Source: Camelus ferus (Eukaryota). From it: DNA of 64,000 bases. The translations under genes were made by a program, and so were the position numbers. Each line of letters opens with the position of its first letter. Positions within the stretch are counted from its first letter, which is position 1. This document shows positions 1 to 12,076 of the stretch, one piece after another. The notes below the pieces were generated by a model. It had not been told where the DNA came from and made no database searches. It saw only the letters and a list, made by a program, of their open reading frames with translations. The stretch is taken from NCBI RefSeq assembly GCF_009834535.1, contig NC_045697.1, positions 3,412,001 through 3,476,000 on the forward strand. The letters are read 5' to 3'.

Positions 1-1319
1 CCCCCGCACACCCGCCCCGCCAGCTCTGGGCTGAAGGAGCCCGCCTGGCTGGACCCAGGCTTCTCCGGGGCTGATCTCCGTGTCTCGGGCAGGCCGCCCC
101 ACCTCCTTGAGCCCCACTTTCCCCATCTTGCTGCACCATGAAACGCGCCAACGGGTACACAGCGCTTAGAACGTGGCCTGCGGGAGCCGCTCTCCCTTCG
201 CACCCAGTGCCGCGCTCCCAGCTCCACTCCTGCCCCAGCGGAGGCCAGACGATGACGCACCTGCGGGGGCGGGGGTGGGGGGAGGCGTTTGCAGAGCAAC
301 GTGCCTCAGATGGCTCGTATGTAGAAGGACGGTCCCTTTTTAAAGGTGCTGGACACGGGGAAGGCACTCAGTAAATACTCACTGGATGAACGAATGGGTG
401 TCGTTATGGTCACAGAATCCAGCCCAGAGCAGCTAATCCAGCTCTCAGTCTCCGTGCTCGGCTGTTAGTCTCTCACGACCGAATCGGTGTGAGCAGGGGG
501 GTGAGCCTAGGAGGCGGCACCCCCACGGGGAGGGGGGGGGCGCCAGCACGCTGTAGTCTGTAAGGCGCGGTCTGCAACGCCTCGTCTTGTCTTTGTGTCA
601 TCTGTATCTCACAACAGCCAGAAGCCAGAGCAGTGTCACCAACCCCAACTTACAGAGGAAGGAACTGAGGCTCAGAGACGAGAAGAGGTTTGTACCCCTC
701 TCCCCACCTCCATTCTCCACCCACTTGGGTGGTGAATCTAAGATCAGTGTAAGAGGAAGGAAGATGGAAAGACCTCGCACTTTCTAGGAAGAATGACTGA
801 TAGACTGAGCGACTGATTGATTGGATGACTGAGCTAAATGAATGAATTCTGCGACTGTCAGGATGTAAATGGTAAGTTTAATACACAGGCAGTTTCAGAT
901 CCTTGCAAACACTTCAGAAGCACCAGTTTGTTCATGAATAATTGATAAGCTAAGGACAGACTGTTCCTAGCTACTCCTTGTCAACCCCCACCCCCACAGC
1001 GAGCCAGACCCAGGCTGAGCACCCACCCCTCTGAGCCTTCACACAAGTAGTTCCATCCACAGGACACTGAGTACCGTTTCTCCTTTCCAGTCTCTGACTG
1101 ACCCTTCACAAGCCTGATGAGCTGTCCCTTCTCTGGGAAGCCTCTCACCCAATCCCTTACCCCTACAGACAAGGCTGATTAAACTGCCCCTCCTTGGTGT
1201 CCCCACAGAATTGCTTTGTGACAACTGCGCTCTTTGTATGTGATGTTTGCACACTTGTCTCTCCACTGAGCAGAGGGTGCCTCAGTGGTGTACCTGGCAC
1301 AGGTGGAGTGGGAGAAGGA

Positions 1320-1520
1320 GCGGATGGGTGGGATGGATGGATGGAAACAGAGAAGGAAGGGAAGGAAGGCAGGAGAAAGACAGGCGAGTGGATGGATGGA
1401 TGGAAGGCTAGATGGATAGATGGATGGGGGATGGGTGAATGGATGGATAGATGGATGGGTAGCGGGGTGGTGTATGGATGGAAAGGTCAGTGGGTGGGTG
1501 GATGGGTAGATGAATGGAGG
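1320..1520 (+). repeat. (GGAT)n / (GGGT)n degenerate microsatellite at an L2 3' tail
   Basis: Seen directly. Related tracts occur at 15783-15830 and, as (CCAT)n, at 37925-38045. Confidence 0.9.
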
Positions 1521-1779
1521 GACGAACAGCAAATTCTGGAGTCATGTGACTGCATGTTCTTGAACTCTTCTTCTAATGAAAACTGGCCTTGTGTAGACTT
1601 CCCACCAGCCTAGGACTGGGTCTTGGTCTCCTCTGTCTTTGCACAGTGTCTCTCAGCCTCTGAAGCTGTGGGACAAGGCCTCTCTCTCCACATCCCCTCT
1701 GGGAGGATTCCCTGTGCCCAGCTCTAAGTGGCCAGTGCTGCACAGGCTCCAGCCTAGCCCGTCCTCTCCACTCCTCACT

Positions 1780-2540
1780 CACACATCCAGAGTCCTGCTT
1801 CCCGCTTGGATGTCTCAGGTCCTCTAAAATCAGTCTGCTCCAGATGCAATTCATTATTCGCACTCACGAACCCACTTCTCCCCCAGCATCTCCCCCTTTG
1901 TCATCCCCATCACTGAAGCCTGACCGCCACAGTCCAGACCTCCATCACCCTTCACCTGGACTACGGCAGTGGCCTCCAGCCTGGTCCCTCCTACCCCACC
2001 ATAGCAGGCTTTTTCAAATACAACCCCAGTGTTGTCATCCTCTGTTTAAAACCCTTTACTAGTTCCCCAGCTCTCTTGGGAGGCAATGACTGTGAAGATG
2101 CTAGTGGAGTGTGTGATAAACAGACTGTTTCCACTTTAGATGCACCCTGTATGGGGGGAATCGCTATGCCAATTACAAAGCTTCCTGTCTATTCCTTTTG
2201 AACAGTTTCCCCAGATGGCTCTGCCTTGGCTGCCTGCCCCTCTGCTGGCCTTTCTCCAGCTCTCTCAGCCTCAGGACCTTTGCACCTGCTGTTTCCTCCC
2301 CACATTTCACCTACGAAACTCCTGTCTTCAGATTTTGGCTCAAGTGCCACTTTCATAGGGAAAACCCCCCCACGACCCTTTACCAGAGCAACTTTTAAAG
2401 TGATGTGTTCTCCTGACACGTGGGCATTTCTCTGCCCACCTGTCTGAGTCAACGCCACTTCTCCGCAGGGGAAGGAGAGCACAGATGCTGTGTGTTTTGT
2501 TCCCTTTCTAATCTCCAAGACTAAATAATTGATGGATGGT
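1780..2540 (+). mobile_element. L2 fragments
   Basis: Contains L2-like motifs: cttggatgtctcaggtcctctaaaatcag, catcacccttcacctggactac, cctctgtttaaaaccctt and cctcaggacctttgcacctgctgtt. Confidence 0.65.
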
Positions 2541-3699
2541 GATAACTGCGTGGTTTTTCCAAATGCTGGCCTTGGGTGGAGAGATTCCCACGGCACCACT
2601 GACTGGACCCCACTTGACATCCTCCCACCCACCTGCCTGCGCAGGCTGTGCGGCCACGCCGCTGGGCGGGGGGCCGTGGGTGTCTTTGGAGACGGCCCCC
2701 ACTAGAAAGCACCATCAGAACGCTGCCCGCTGTCAGTCATTCCCAGGCAATTTCGAAGGGGATTGCACCTAACGGCTCCTTGGGAAAGTGGCCATTAAAA
2801 CGAGACAGTTTAATAGCGACCCACTTCCCCAGCCAGAGGTTCTGGAATGATCCATCCTATGCAATTACCATCACTTTCAGGCACAGGGTGTGTTTATCCT
2901 GGAAGATCGTCTGCGTGTTTTGGATCCGAACTCGGGCTTCCAGGAGAGGCTCAAACAGGGACGCCCCCCTTGATGATGCTTCCCCGGTGCCCTCGTGCTC
3001 AGCCCAGTGACCGGCCAGGCTGAGTGGCAGATTCCAGGCAGAGTCAGTGGCTGTGGTGACCTCTCTGTGTTTTCACTGAGTCTCAGCATCTCCACCTCCC
3101 AAGCACTTAGCTTGCATCGCTCACACCAGTCCCAACACATCCAGCCCTGCACACCCGTCCCTCACACCAGGATGTTTAAGTGACCACGCCTTTCAAGAGC
3201 ACCCCTGCCCTCAGCCTGCCCGCCTTGTTTTCCCCTCGTGTGGCCAGCTCAGTCTGCACAGTATTTCTCTCAGGGAGATGTCCTTCCTCGGGGCTCCCAC
3301 GCTCTGCAAATCTTGACATTGTCACTTAGCTCTCTGTGGCTCTGCAAGTACCCAAATGCCCCCGCTGTCCACAGGCAGCATGGAGACGTTCACGTGTTCC
3401 GTCTTCTCATCCAGACCTGACCTTTGTCTGTTGGAGAAACCCCTCCTTACAGCAAGGTCAGAAAAATACTCTCCTGCTTCATCTTCTAAGAGTCTTACGC
3501 ACCTGCCTTTCCTGTGCAGACGTCTCATCTACTGGGAATGGACGTGACGTAGTGAGGATGGGGGTTCGGTCTCGCTTATTTTCAAGTGAATCACCAGCTG
3601 CCGGGCCGCCGGTGAAAACAGCCCACCCCTTCCCCGCCAGCCAGCAGAGCCCGCGGCGTCTGCACGCAGCTGGTCTGTCTCCAGGCACTTGATCTGGGC

Positions 3700-4110
3700 C
3701 TGCTGGTCAATTCGTCTTTCCAAAGCAAGCTGATTGTCGTGACCGTCCTGGGTGTTTCCGGGAAAGCAAGACAGCTGGCTGCTCGTCGCGGGTGGGGGTG
3801 TCTTTGGCCCTGATCTTGGCCCTTGGCTCTACAATGTACGTTTCCAAATCGGCTTATCAAGTTCAGACCTATCAAACTGCATTGTCCACAGATACATTTG
3901 AGAAAAACTCACTTCTTTGTTATGTTGGTTCTCCCCACCCACGAACACAATATGATCTTCCTTTACTGGCATCTTCTTAAATATGTTTCCATAACGTTCG
4001 ATAACTGTCCACGAGAAACATGTCCTGAGGACAAGGGAGGCATCTACTTCATCTTCCTATTTCCACATGTTCTAAATCGTCCACTTGTAACGACTTCAAA
4101 GGTGTTTGCC
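3700..4110 (-). mobile_element. Highly decayed L1M/L1ME remnant
   Basis: atttgagaaaaactcacttctttgttatgttggttctccccacccacgaacacaatatgatcttc resembles the reverse-strand ORF2 end of old L1M elements. Confidence 0.5.
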
Positions 4111-4699
4111 AAGTTTACTGTGGGACTTAAACCCTTAACGACAGAACAGCGAGTGCCAGTCACCTGCCGGGAAAGCTGCTGTCAGCAAGTGGGCTGGGGC
4201 CTGGGCGGGTCAGCGTGGAGAGCATGTGATGGGGGTCCTTCTCAAAGTCCCAGAAACAATATCCTGATATTCACTGACGGGATCTACCGTGATCCATGGT
4301 AACAAACACCTTTCATACTTTACAGCTTGCAAAGCATTTTCAAGTTCACGGCTTTCAGTCCTCCAGCATCAGAAACCTATCAGGTGAGCCCCCAGGAGTA
4401 TCTTCAAGCAGGTGCAGTTCCCCCTTTGGGGACCTGTGTCCCTGGTCCATCCCTCCCAGGATGCTGAGTGATGCCCAGAGGGGGTCAAGGGCAAGGGGCC
4501 AACGTCTACTTCACGGTCACGAGTGATGTGTGTCTTGCACTTGCAGCCTTGTTCTGCATGCGTCCTTGCTGTGTCTTACCCTCCTGTCTTTGGCCCTGTG
4601 GCTGTTTTACTTGCATTTATCTTCCCCAGTGATGTGGGCAATGAACCTCCTGATCGGATTCCACTAAAGATTATTCAAAGTTTCTAAAAAATAGTCTTC

Positions 4700-6103
4700 A
4701 ACTTATGTTTTTCCATTCTGACTGGTGTGAGGTGATACCTCATCATAGTTTTGATTTGCATTTCTCTGATAATTAGTGATATTGAACATTTTTTCATGTG
4801 CCTATTGATCATCTCTATGTCTTCCTTAGAGAATTGCTTGTTTAGGTCTTCTGACCATTTTTGGATTGGGTTGTTTGTTTTTTTTCTTATTATGTCATAT
4901 GAGCTGCTTATATATTCTGGAGATCAAGCCTTTGTCAGTTTCATTGTTTGCAAAAATTTTCTCCCATTCCATAAGTTGTCATTTTGTTTTACTTATGGTT
5001 TCCTTTGCTGTGCAGAAGCTTGTAAGTTTAATTAGATCCCATTTGTTTATTCTTGCTTTTATTTCTATTGCTTGGGTAGACTGTCCTAGGAGAACATTTC
5101 TGAGATGTATGTGAGACAATGTTTTGCCTGTATTTCCTTCTAGGAGGTTTATTGTATCTTGTCTTATGTTTAAGACTTTGATCCATTTTGAGTTTATTTT
5201 TGTGTGTGGTGTAAGGGAGTGTTCTAGCTTCATTGCTTTACATGTGTTCTAGCTTCACTGATTTACATACTGGTGTGAGGTATCACCTCACACCAGTCAG
5301 AATGGCCATCATTCAAAAGTCCACAAATGACAAATGCTGGAGAGGCTGTGGAGAAAAGGCAACATTGCTGGTGGGAATGCAGTTTGGTACAGCCACTGTG
5401 GAAAACAGTATAGAGATTCCTCAAAAGACTAGCAATAGACTTACCATATGACCCAGGAATCCCACTCCTGGGCATATATCCAGAAGGAACCCTACTTCAA
5501 AAAGACACCTGCACCCCGGTGTTCATAGTGGCACTATTTACAATAGCCAAGACATGGAAACAGCCTAAATGTCCATCAACAGATGACTGGTTAAAGAAGA
5601 TGTGGTATATTTATACAATGGAATACTATTCAGCCATAAAGACCGACAACAGAATGCCATTTGCAGCAACATGGATGTCCCTGGAGAATGTCATTCTAAG
5701 TGAAGTAAGCCAGAAAGAGAAAGAAAAATACCATATGAGATTGCTAATATGTGGAATCTTAAAAAACAAATGAACATAAATACAAAACAGAAACAGACTC
5801 ATAGACATAGAATACAAACTTGTGGTTGCCAAGGGGGTGGGGGTGGGAAGGGACAGACTGGGATTTCAAAATGTGAAGATACTGACAGGCATATGTAGAA
5901 TAGATAAACAAGATTACACTGCATAGCACAGGGAAATATATACAAGATCTTGTGGTAGCTCACAGCAAAAAAAAATGTGATGATGAATATATGTGTGTTC
6001 ACGTATAACTGAAAAATTGTGCTCTACACTGGAATTTGACACAACATTGTAAAATGACTATAACTCAATAAAAAATGTTAAAAAAAAAACTTATGGTTTT
6101 CCA
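4700..6103 (+). mobile_element. 5'-inverted, 5'-truncated LINE-1 (twin-priming structure) with 16-bp TSD
   Basis: An inverted ORF2 segment spans ~4713-5243 (minus ORF ...[17 protein letters not shown]...). A sense ORF2 end and 3' UTR span ~5276-6087 (...ALFTIAKTWKQPKCPSTDDW...YSAIK...), ending in AATAAA and an A tail. The TSD is AACTTATGTTTTTCCA (4700-4715) / AACTTATGGTTTTCCA (6088-6103). Confidence 0.95.
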
Positions 6104-7759
6104 GTTACCAAAATAAGAAATGAAGTGGTGCCTCCTGACTTCCCTCAGTGTCTAGAAAGGAGTCTGATAGCTTCTCCTCCCCCCTTCCTCTTCCTCCTCC
6201 CCATCTCCAAAATCACAGTCTTTATTAGTATTAACCAGATTTTGAATGATAGCTTTTCCTTTCCGAAAAATATATTTTTGACATGTGCATTTGGTTGCTA
6301 TCCATTTTTACGGCCACAACTATTTAAGCCGAATCTGGAGCTCACCTGACCTCAGTCCTCCTCCCCGCTTCTATGCCAGGCCCTTCTGCCTTCAACAGCC
6401 CTGAGCTTAACCCACCTCTGCGCTGCTGGAATATCTTTTCAAGGCATTTTCCGCTCAAGTCAGGTGCCTGGCCATCTGAAGATGCCTCTGTACTCCTTAA
6501 ACCTACAAATGACCCCTGACTGGGGCTAAAATTCTGAGGTCATAGCTTTTCCATACTTACCTGAACACCCCGAAACCCATTGTGTTCGTTTGAAATTTAA
6601 TACTGAAGACATGTCTGTAATGGCTTGGTTTTTATTCTTTTATAAAATTTTTTTTTCTTTTTTGGGAAGAATCACAAGTCATTTTTTCCCTTGTAATTAA
6701 AGAACACACTTCAGAATGGGAGGTAGGCTTACGAAGGGCGTTTATTTTCTCATGGAAGCACTCGCCCACTGCCCCCACCTCACCCCATCTTTGATCTCTC
6801 CTTCTGGTGGAACGCTCCAGATTCTTATCTGGAAATGCCTGTGGGTCTCACGGGGACCCTCTGGCTCCTTCCCGGTCTGGCATCTTCCCTCTTACTGCTG
6901 TCCTTTTGTCTGGAGCATCTTCCTCTGTGAGCACTTGCAGACTTCATCCTCATCACTGGTCGGTCTCCGCCGTGGTGTCCCTGCTGTGCTCTCCTGCTTC
7001 TGAAGTGTCTCTAGCCCATTGCTGAAATTTCGGGGGTCTTACAAGCCTTCCTTAACCCACCTTGCTCCCTTCCCATCTTCTCCTCCAAATTTCATTGCTG
7101 TCCTTCCTGCTAACCTTCCGTCCTCCACCCACACCGACTGTACCTCTCCGGACCGTACACCGCAGGATGTCATCTCCCCACACCCACTCCATTTCACAGG
7201 CGGTGCGAATACGGGGGTCTGGGGCGTAGGGATGGGGAGGTGGGGCCGGGCAGAGATGTTCACCCAGCTGGGATCTCACGGAGAGCTTCCCGGCTCCTTG
7301 CAGGTGGGCAGGGCTGTTCTGGCTCATGAGATTCCCACTAAGCGGAAGCTCCTGGTTCCTCACATACACCATGTTTCTGGCAGTTTATCGACGCTCCACC
7401 TTCACAGTCAGTTTAGAAGGAACTTTAGGAAGCCTGGGGGAGGGGCTGATGCTGTTTTGCCCAAGAAATCAGTGCCGTGGGCTAGAGAAGCCCCTGGCCC
7501 AGTGGCCTTCATCACAGGATCACCCTCTGGGCCTCGGTGGGAGTGCGGGTGTTCGGAGCGGGGAGGGCAAGGCGCCTTCCCAGGAGTCTCTGCCGTCTGC
7601 GCCATGGGGGCCAGGAACCCCAGTGACTGCTGAGGACCCTGAGAAACGCCCCTGCCCACTTCAGGGGCTCCTCCCTCCAGGGGAGAAAAGCTATTTATTT
7701 TCCTACCTGTGAGGGAGATGGCCCCATTCTGCCAGAAGTATAGCAGGACTTTGGAGGAC

Positions 7760-8115
7760 ATATAATGGCTAATTTATGTGGGACAAATAACTATTTAATT
7801 GTACTCTAATTACATGACAATTAGAATTCACGTCGCGGTGGTGTCCTCAGGTGTCTGTCTGTGGGCTGCGCGGAGCCGTGACTGCGCCTGCAGCCATTAA
7901 GAACGCCGGGCTGTGTGGAACAGGCAGCGCTGACGTTACACAGTATAACCACCCGTGTAATTACTCTCTTACACCCGAGTAATTACACGGTGGGGTTATT
8001 TGTGTATTACAATTTATTCACATACCTAATCACAGTCTCCTTTCACAAACCCGGACCCGGCCCAGAAGGCGCTGATCAATTTTTTTAAATAACATAAATG
8101 TCATCTGATGAAAAG
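7760..8115. promoter_or_regulatory. Candidate conserved enhancer, rich in homeodomain TAAT/TAATTA sites, with an internal hairpin
   Basis: AT-rich island with many TAAT/ATTA cores and retained CpGs inside GC-rich DNA, with no recognisable common repeat. Conservation is inferred, not measured. Confidence 0.55.
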
Positions 8116-9279
8116 CTCTCACGCGGAGCGGTGGCCAAGGTCTGGGGGGGGGGGCTGGGAGCCCACGCCTGACACCAAGTTCACAGCAGCAAGCCCACCA
8201 GCCGGGCCGTGAGACGCGGACAGCAGGGCGCTGCAGTCGGCCCCGTGCCCGCTTGGGTGGGCTCTTTGCTGCCACGTGGGGCCGTAGTCTCTGCTCGGGG
8301 TCTCCCTGCAGGTCGCAGCCCTCGGCCACCTGAACCAGCACATGTGACGCACCCTCGCTAAAACCGCCCCTTTCCTTGTCTACTGGTTCTACTGGACTGT
8401 GATTTCACCACAGCAGGGCCCTGAGGGTCCTTAGTTTCATCCATGGTACACAGGGCTGAATTCCGAGCTGCGGTAGAGGGCCACTGTGCACCCGCCAAGC
8501 CAGGCTGGAAGGATAGGACCCACCCCAGCCACCCCCACATGGAGCTCTGGCCCAAGAATCCCATTTATAAAAGCAGTCCCTTCTCAGGGTGGGAAGGGGA
8601 GGAGGATGGGCTGAGAGATTCAGACCAGCGATAGCAAAGTTATTTTCCCTTGAGAATTTCCATCACCTTTGTTACAGCTCCATCCAGCGTACCTTGCATG
8701 TCAAGCTAAAGGCAATCAACAGGGTGACCAGAACCTCAGGAACAGAGTAGCCGGAAAGAGGGGACAAGTCACGGGCAGTCGCCACACCTGTTAGTGCAAC
8801 CAACAAGGCGCAGCCATGAACCAGATGCCCCGGGCGGAAAACAAAGGCTGGGACACCAGCTGGGCAGCAGCCTGACCCGCAGCAGCCCCACCCCCACGCT
8901 GGGGCCCTCTTCCTGTCCAGGGTGCTAGTTCTTTGGCCTGAGTAAGGGTGACCGTCGGCGGCAGCCTGGGGAGCGCTGGTCGCAGGGCCCTGTTTACCTG
9001 GTGCGTGCGCTCTCCCCGGGCTGCAGAGGGGAGGGCCACTGCAGAGACAGTGAGCAGCCAGAGTGTGACAGAGCTTAGAACTTTGCAAAGGTGTCATCAA
9101 GGATGGTGGGGCTCCAGTCTGCAGTGTTTGCCTCTCAGAAGGGAGTTTCTGGGGCCACAGCCCAGCAAGGCCTAGTATGGAGAAGTGGGGGAGGGAGGTG
9201 ACACTGGTTGGGAACCAGTTGTGGGGTGTCTCTCTCTCCACCAAAATGCTAGGGAAGGTGACAGCAGGTGCTGGCAGCC

Positions 9280-9723
9280 TGTGATGTTTCCTATAACAAA
9301 GCACCACAAACTTGGTGGCTTCGAACCATCCTGATGTGGTATCTTACTATTCTGGAATGAGGCTTATGTGGCTAAAATCAAAGCGTCAGTGGGGCAGGTT
9401 CCTTCAGGAGGTTCCAGAGGGAATCTGTGTCCTTTCTTCTCCAGCTTCTAGAGGCACCCATGTTTCTTGGCTCGTGGCCCCTCCTCTGTGTTCAAGCCAG
9501 CAGCAGTCTTCAATCTCTCTCTCACCTGGACCCTCCCACCTCCCTCTAATCAGGACCCTTGTTATCACATAGGGTTCGCCTGGATTATCCAGATCATCTC
9601 CCAGCTCAAGATCCTTAACCTAATTCCATCTGCAAAGTCCCTGTTCCCTTTCATGGTAACACTCACAGCTCGTGGGTGTTAGGAAGGGGACATCTCGGCG
9701 GGGGCATTATTCAGCCCTCCACA
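9280..9723 (-). mobile_element. MaLR solo LTR (MLT1C/D-like)
   Basis: Contains typical MLT1 reverse-strand motifs: accacaaacttggtggctt, ccagcttctagaggc, cttggctcgtggcccct, atctgcaaagtccct and cattattcagcc...aca. Confidence 0.85.
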
Positions 9724-10558
9724 GTGCATTGGAGAGAGCACCCCAGTTAAGGCTCCAAGGCCTGTGTCACCCATCCGTATCCCAGAGGGAACCTGAGGCC
9801 CAGACGTCACGTAACAGGCCCAAGCTCACCCTGGCTCACCAACAGGAGGGCTGCCTTGAAACTCACCTTGTCCCCATGCCCCGTGGTCCCCTGTTGGACA
9901 GATGGACCGAGGGGCTTGGACACTTGGATACTTCACTTCCCCTTTGTGGTAAAGGACGTGTGGTCACAGGCACATGGGAAGACTATCCCACTTCCCTCTT
10001 ACAGAATAACCACCTCCCACGGCGGACTATGACATTGGGATCATCCGTCAAGGTCCTTGCCTTTTCACGCGGCAAGTCCACGGCCTTGCAGAGACATAAG
10101 GGTGGGTGTCACTGAGTTCTTACGTCATCAGGTTCTTTGTTCCGGCAGCCGTGAAGCTACCTCAGGCCCTGCAGCCTCCCTGCTTCCCGCCCTTTGCCAG
10201 CTACATTCTTGTGCTTCTAATTCCATCTGACATCTCTCCAGTAAAGACCCCTCTGCTGCTGCCAGCTTGCACTGGTTTTGCTGAGTGCCACCAGAGTCCT
10301 CAGCTGCCACCACCTTATGTTAACCACAGCCACATAAAGCCGAGGTGCTGGAGGGCCGCGGACTTGTAGGAGGCCGACACTTGTTTTTTGCAGGTGCAGA
10401 AGCTGAGGCCCCAAGAGACGCTGTCCTCTGCGGACAGCCCAGGAGGACAGGGTGGGGGCAGGCCCAGAACTAGGTCCCCACTCCCCCCCAGGGCCCCCGG
10501 CCTTCACCTCCCCACAGCACAGTCTTAGGGCTGTTCACAGCCAGGGCGTTTCCTTGGT

Positions 10559-10562
10559 ACAC

Positions 10563-10597
<35 letters not shown>

Positions 10598-10601
10598 CAC
10601 A
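10559..10601 (+). repeat. (CA)n microsatellite, interrupted once
   Basis: Seen directly. Confidence 0.95.
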
Positions 10602-11559
10602 CGTGTGCAAGGAACAAAAAGATGCTATCTCCCTGCAGGAATAGAGAGGACCTGCTATCTCCTGTCTGCACATGGCCTCCCCCAGCCCCACTCAAACCAC
10701 CCCCAGTGGATTCATGTTGGAGACACTTCGGACTTGTCCCAGTCCTTGGGAACAAATGTGAGGGCTCACCTCCCTCTCCCTGATCCCGTCCTGCCTTCCA
10801 AGGCCGGCTTCCCTGTGCCCCCGGCGCTGGGAGCTCATCTGGTACATTCTCATCAGTTCCCAGGTGCCCGTGATGGGGTCATCCTGGGCAAGCCTGGGGA
10901 GCAAAGATGAGCAGACGTGGTGCTGGTCCCCGGGGAGTCCCCATGCGTTCAGAGAGCGTGAACGACATGTACCCTGACCAGCTCTGGGCGCACTGTGAGC
11001 TGTGGGCACTCACAGGCAGGAATGGTGTTAACTGAGCACCCACTGCACACTCGGGCAGGTGCTGGGCCCTCCACGGGCAGTGTTGTGCTGTTTGCTTCCT
11101 GTGCAGACAGCACCATGCCCTGCTAAGGACACAGGGTTCTGAGAAGCCAGAGGCCTGACAAGCTCCCGCCATGGTCTGTAAGTTCAGGGAGGTGACCAGT
11201 GACAGGGCAGACTGTCAATGCCCCAGTTCTGGCCTGGGGAACCCCCAGCTCCTCACCCAAGCCCCCTACACCCCACGGGGGTCCACATCTGGAACACTGG
11301 CTGAAGGCAGGGCACTTCCTGGGAAAGCAGGCTGGCAGGAAAGGCTGGCTGCGAGGCCCGTCTTTCAAGCTAAAAATATACACTGGCTGGTGGGTTGAAA
11401 GAGGCAGGAAGAGGGACTTTGAGATTTAAAAGGAAAATCCCTCAAATGAGAAATGATTTTTTTTTTTTAACAGCAGCGTTAGAAGAAACTCAGCAGGAGC
11501 AAGGTCAGTCAATGCTGGTGGACATGTGCACGTGGGCTGTTCTTGCTTCCACCTGCTCC

Positions 11560-12076
11560 TGTTCCCAAAACCTTGTTTGCCTGGCTTGGGGAACCATCCT
11601 CTCCTCACTGAAACCCATGTGGGTGGGCTGACCCCGCCTCCCTGAGAACATGTGACCAGGCCTGGCCAATCAGAGCATCAGCTCGTTCTGGCCATACCCA
11701 CTGCTTCAGGAACAGGGCACATGACCCTAGGTCCAGCCAATGGGAATCTTCCCTGGGATCTGTGCTGAAACTACTGGGAATGGACCCCTGCTCCTTTTGA
11801 TATCATGATGCTAGGGATCTTGTGTGTCTGGGGCTGCCAGACATCATCTTTTCTACCAAAAGGCCAGATTGTGCCTGAGACTGAAGCCTAGCCCCAGGAG
11901 AGCAGAGCTGGGAGATGGAGAGAGAGAGACACTGAGTGCTGATGTCACTATTAAAGGCCCTGGATCAAGCTGTGCCTGAAGGAAACTCTACCTCTGGTCT
12001 TCATAAGCCAATGTGTTACTCTTCTTATCTGAGTGGCTTCATATTACTTACAATCAAATGAATCCTGACTAATACA
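11560..12076 (+). mobile_element. Old MaLR LTR (MLT1J/K-like)
   Basis: Contains ggccaatcagagc, gggcacatgaccc and cctggatcaagctgtgcctgaag, and ends in atcctgactaataca. Confidence 0.75.

Noticed and set aside
1179..1613. His/Pro/Ser- and Trp/Met/Asp/Gly-rich ORFs
   Set aside because: They are translations of a (GGAT)n repeat.
4751..5832. Several ORFs with L1 ORF2-like peptides
   Set aside because: These are fragments of a truncated, inverted, frameshifted L1 copy, not genes.
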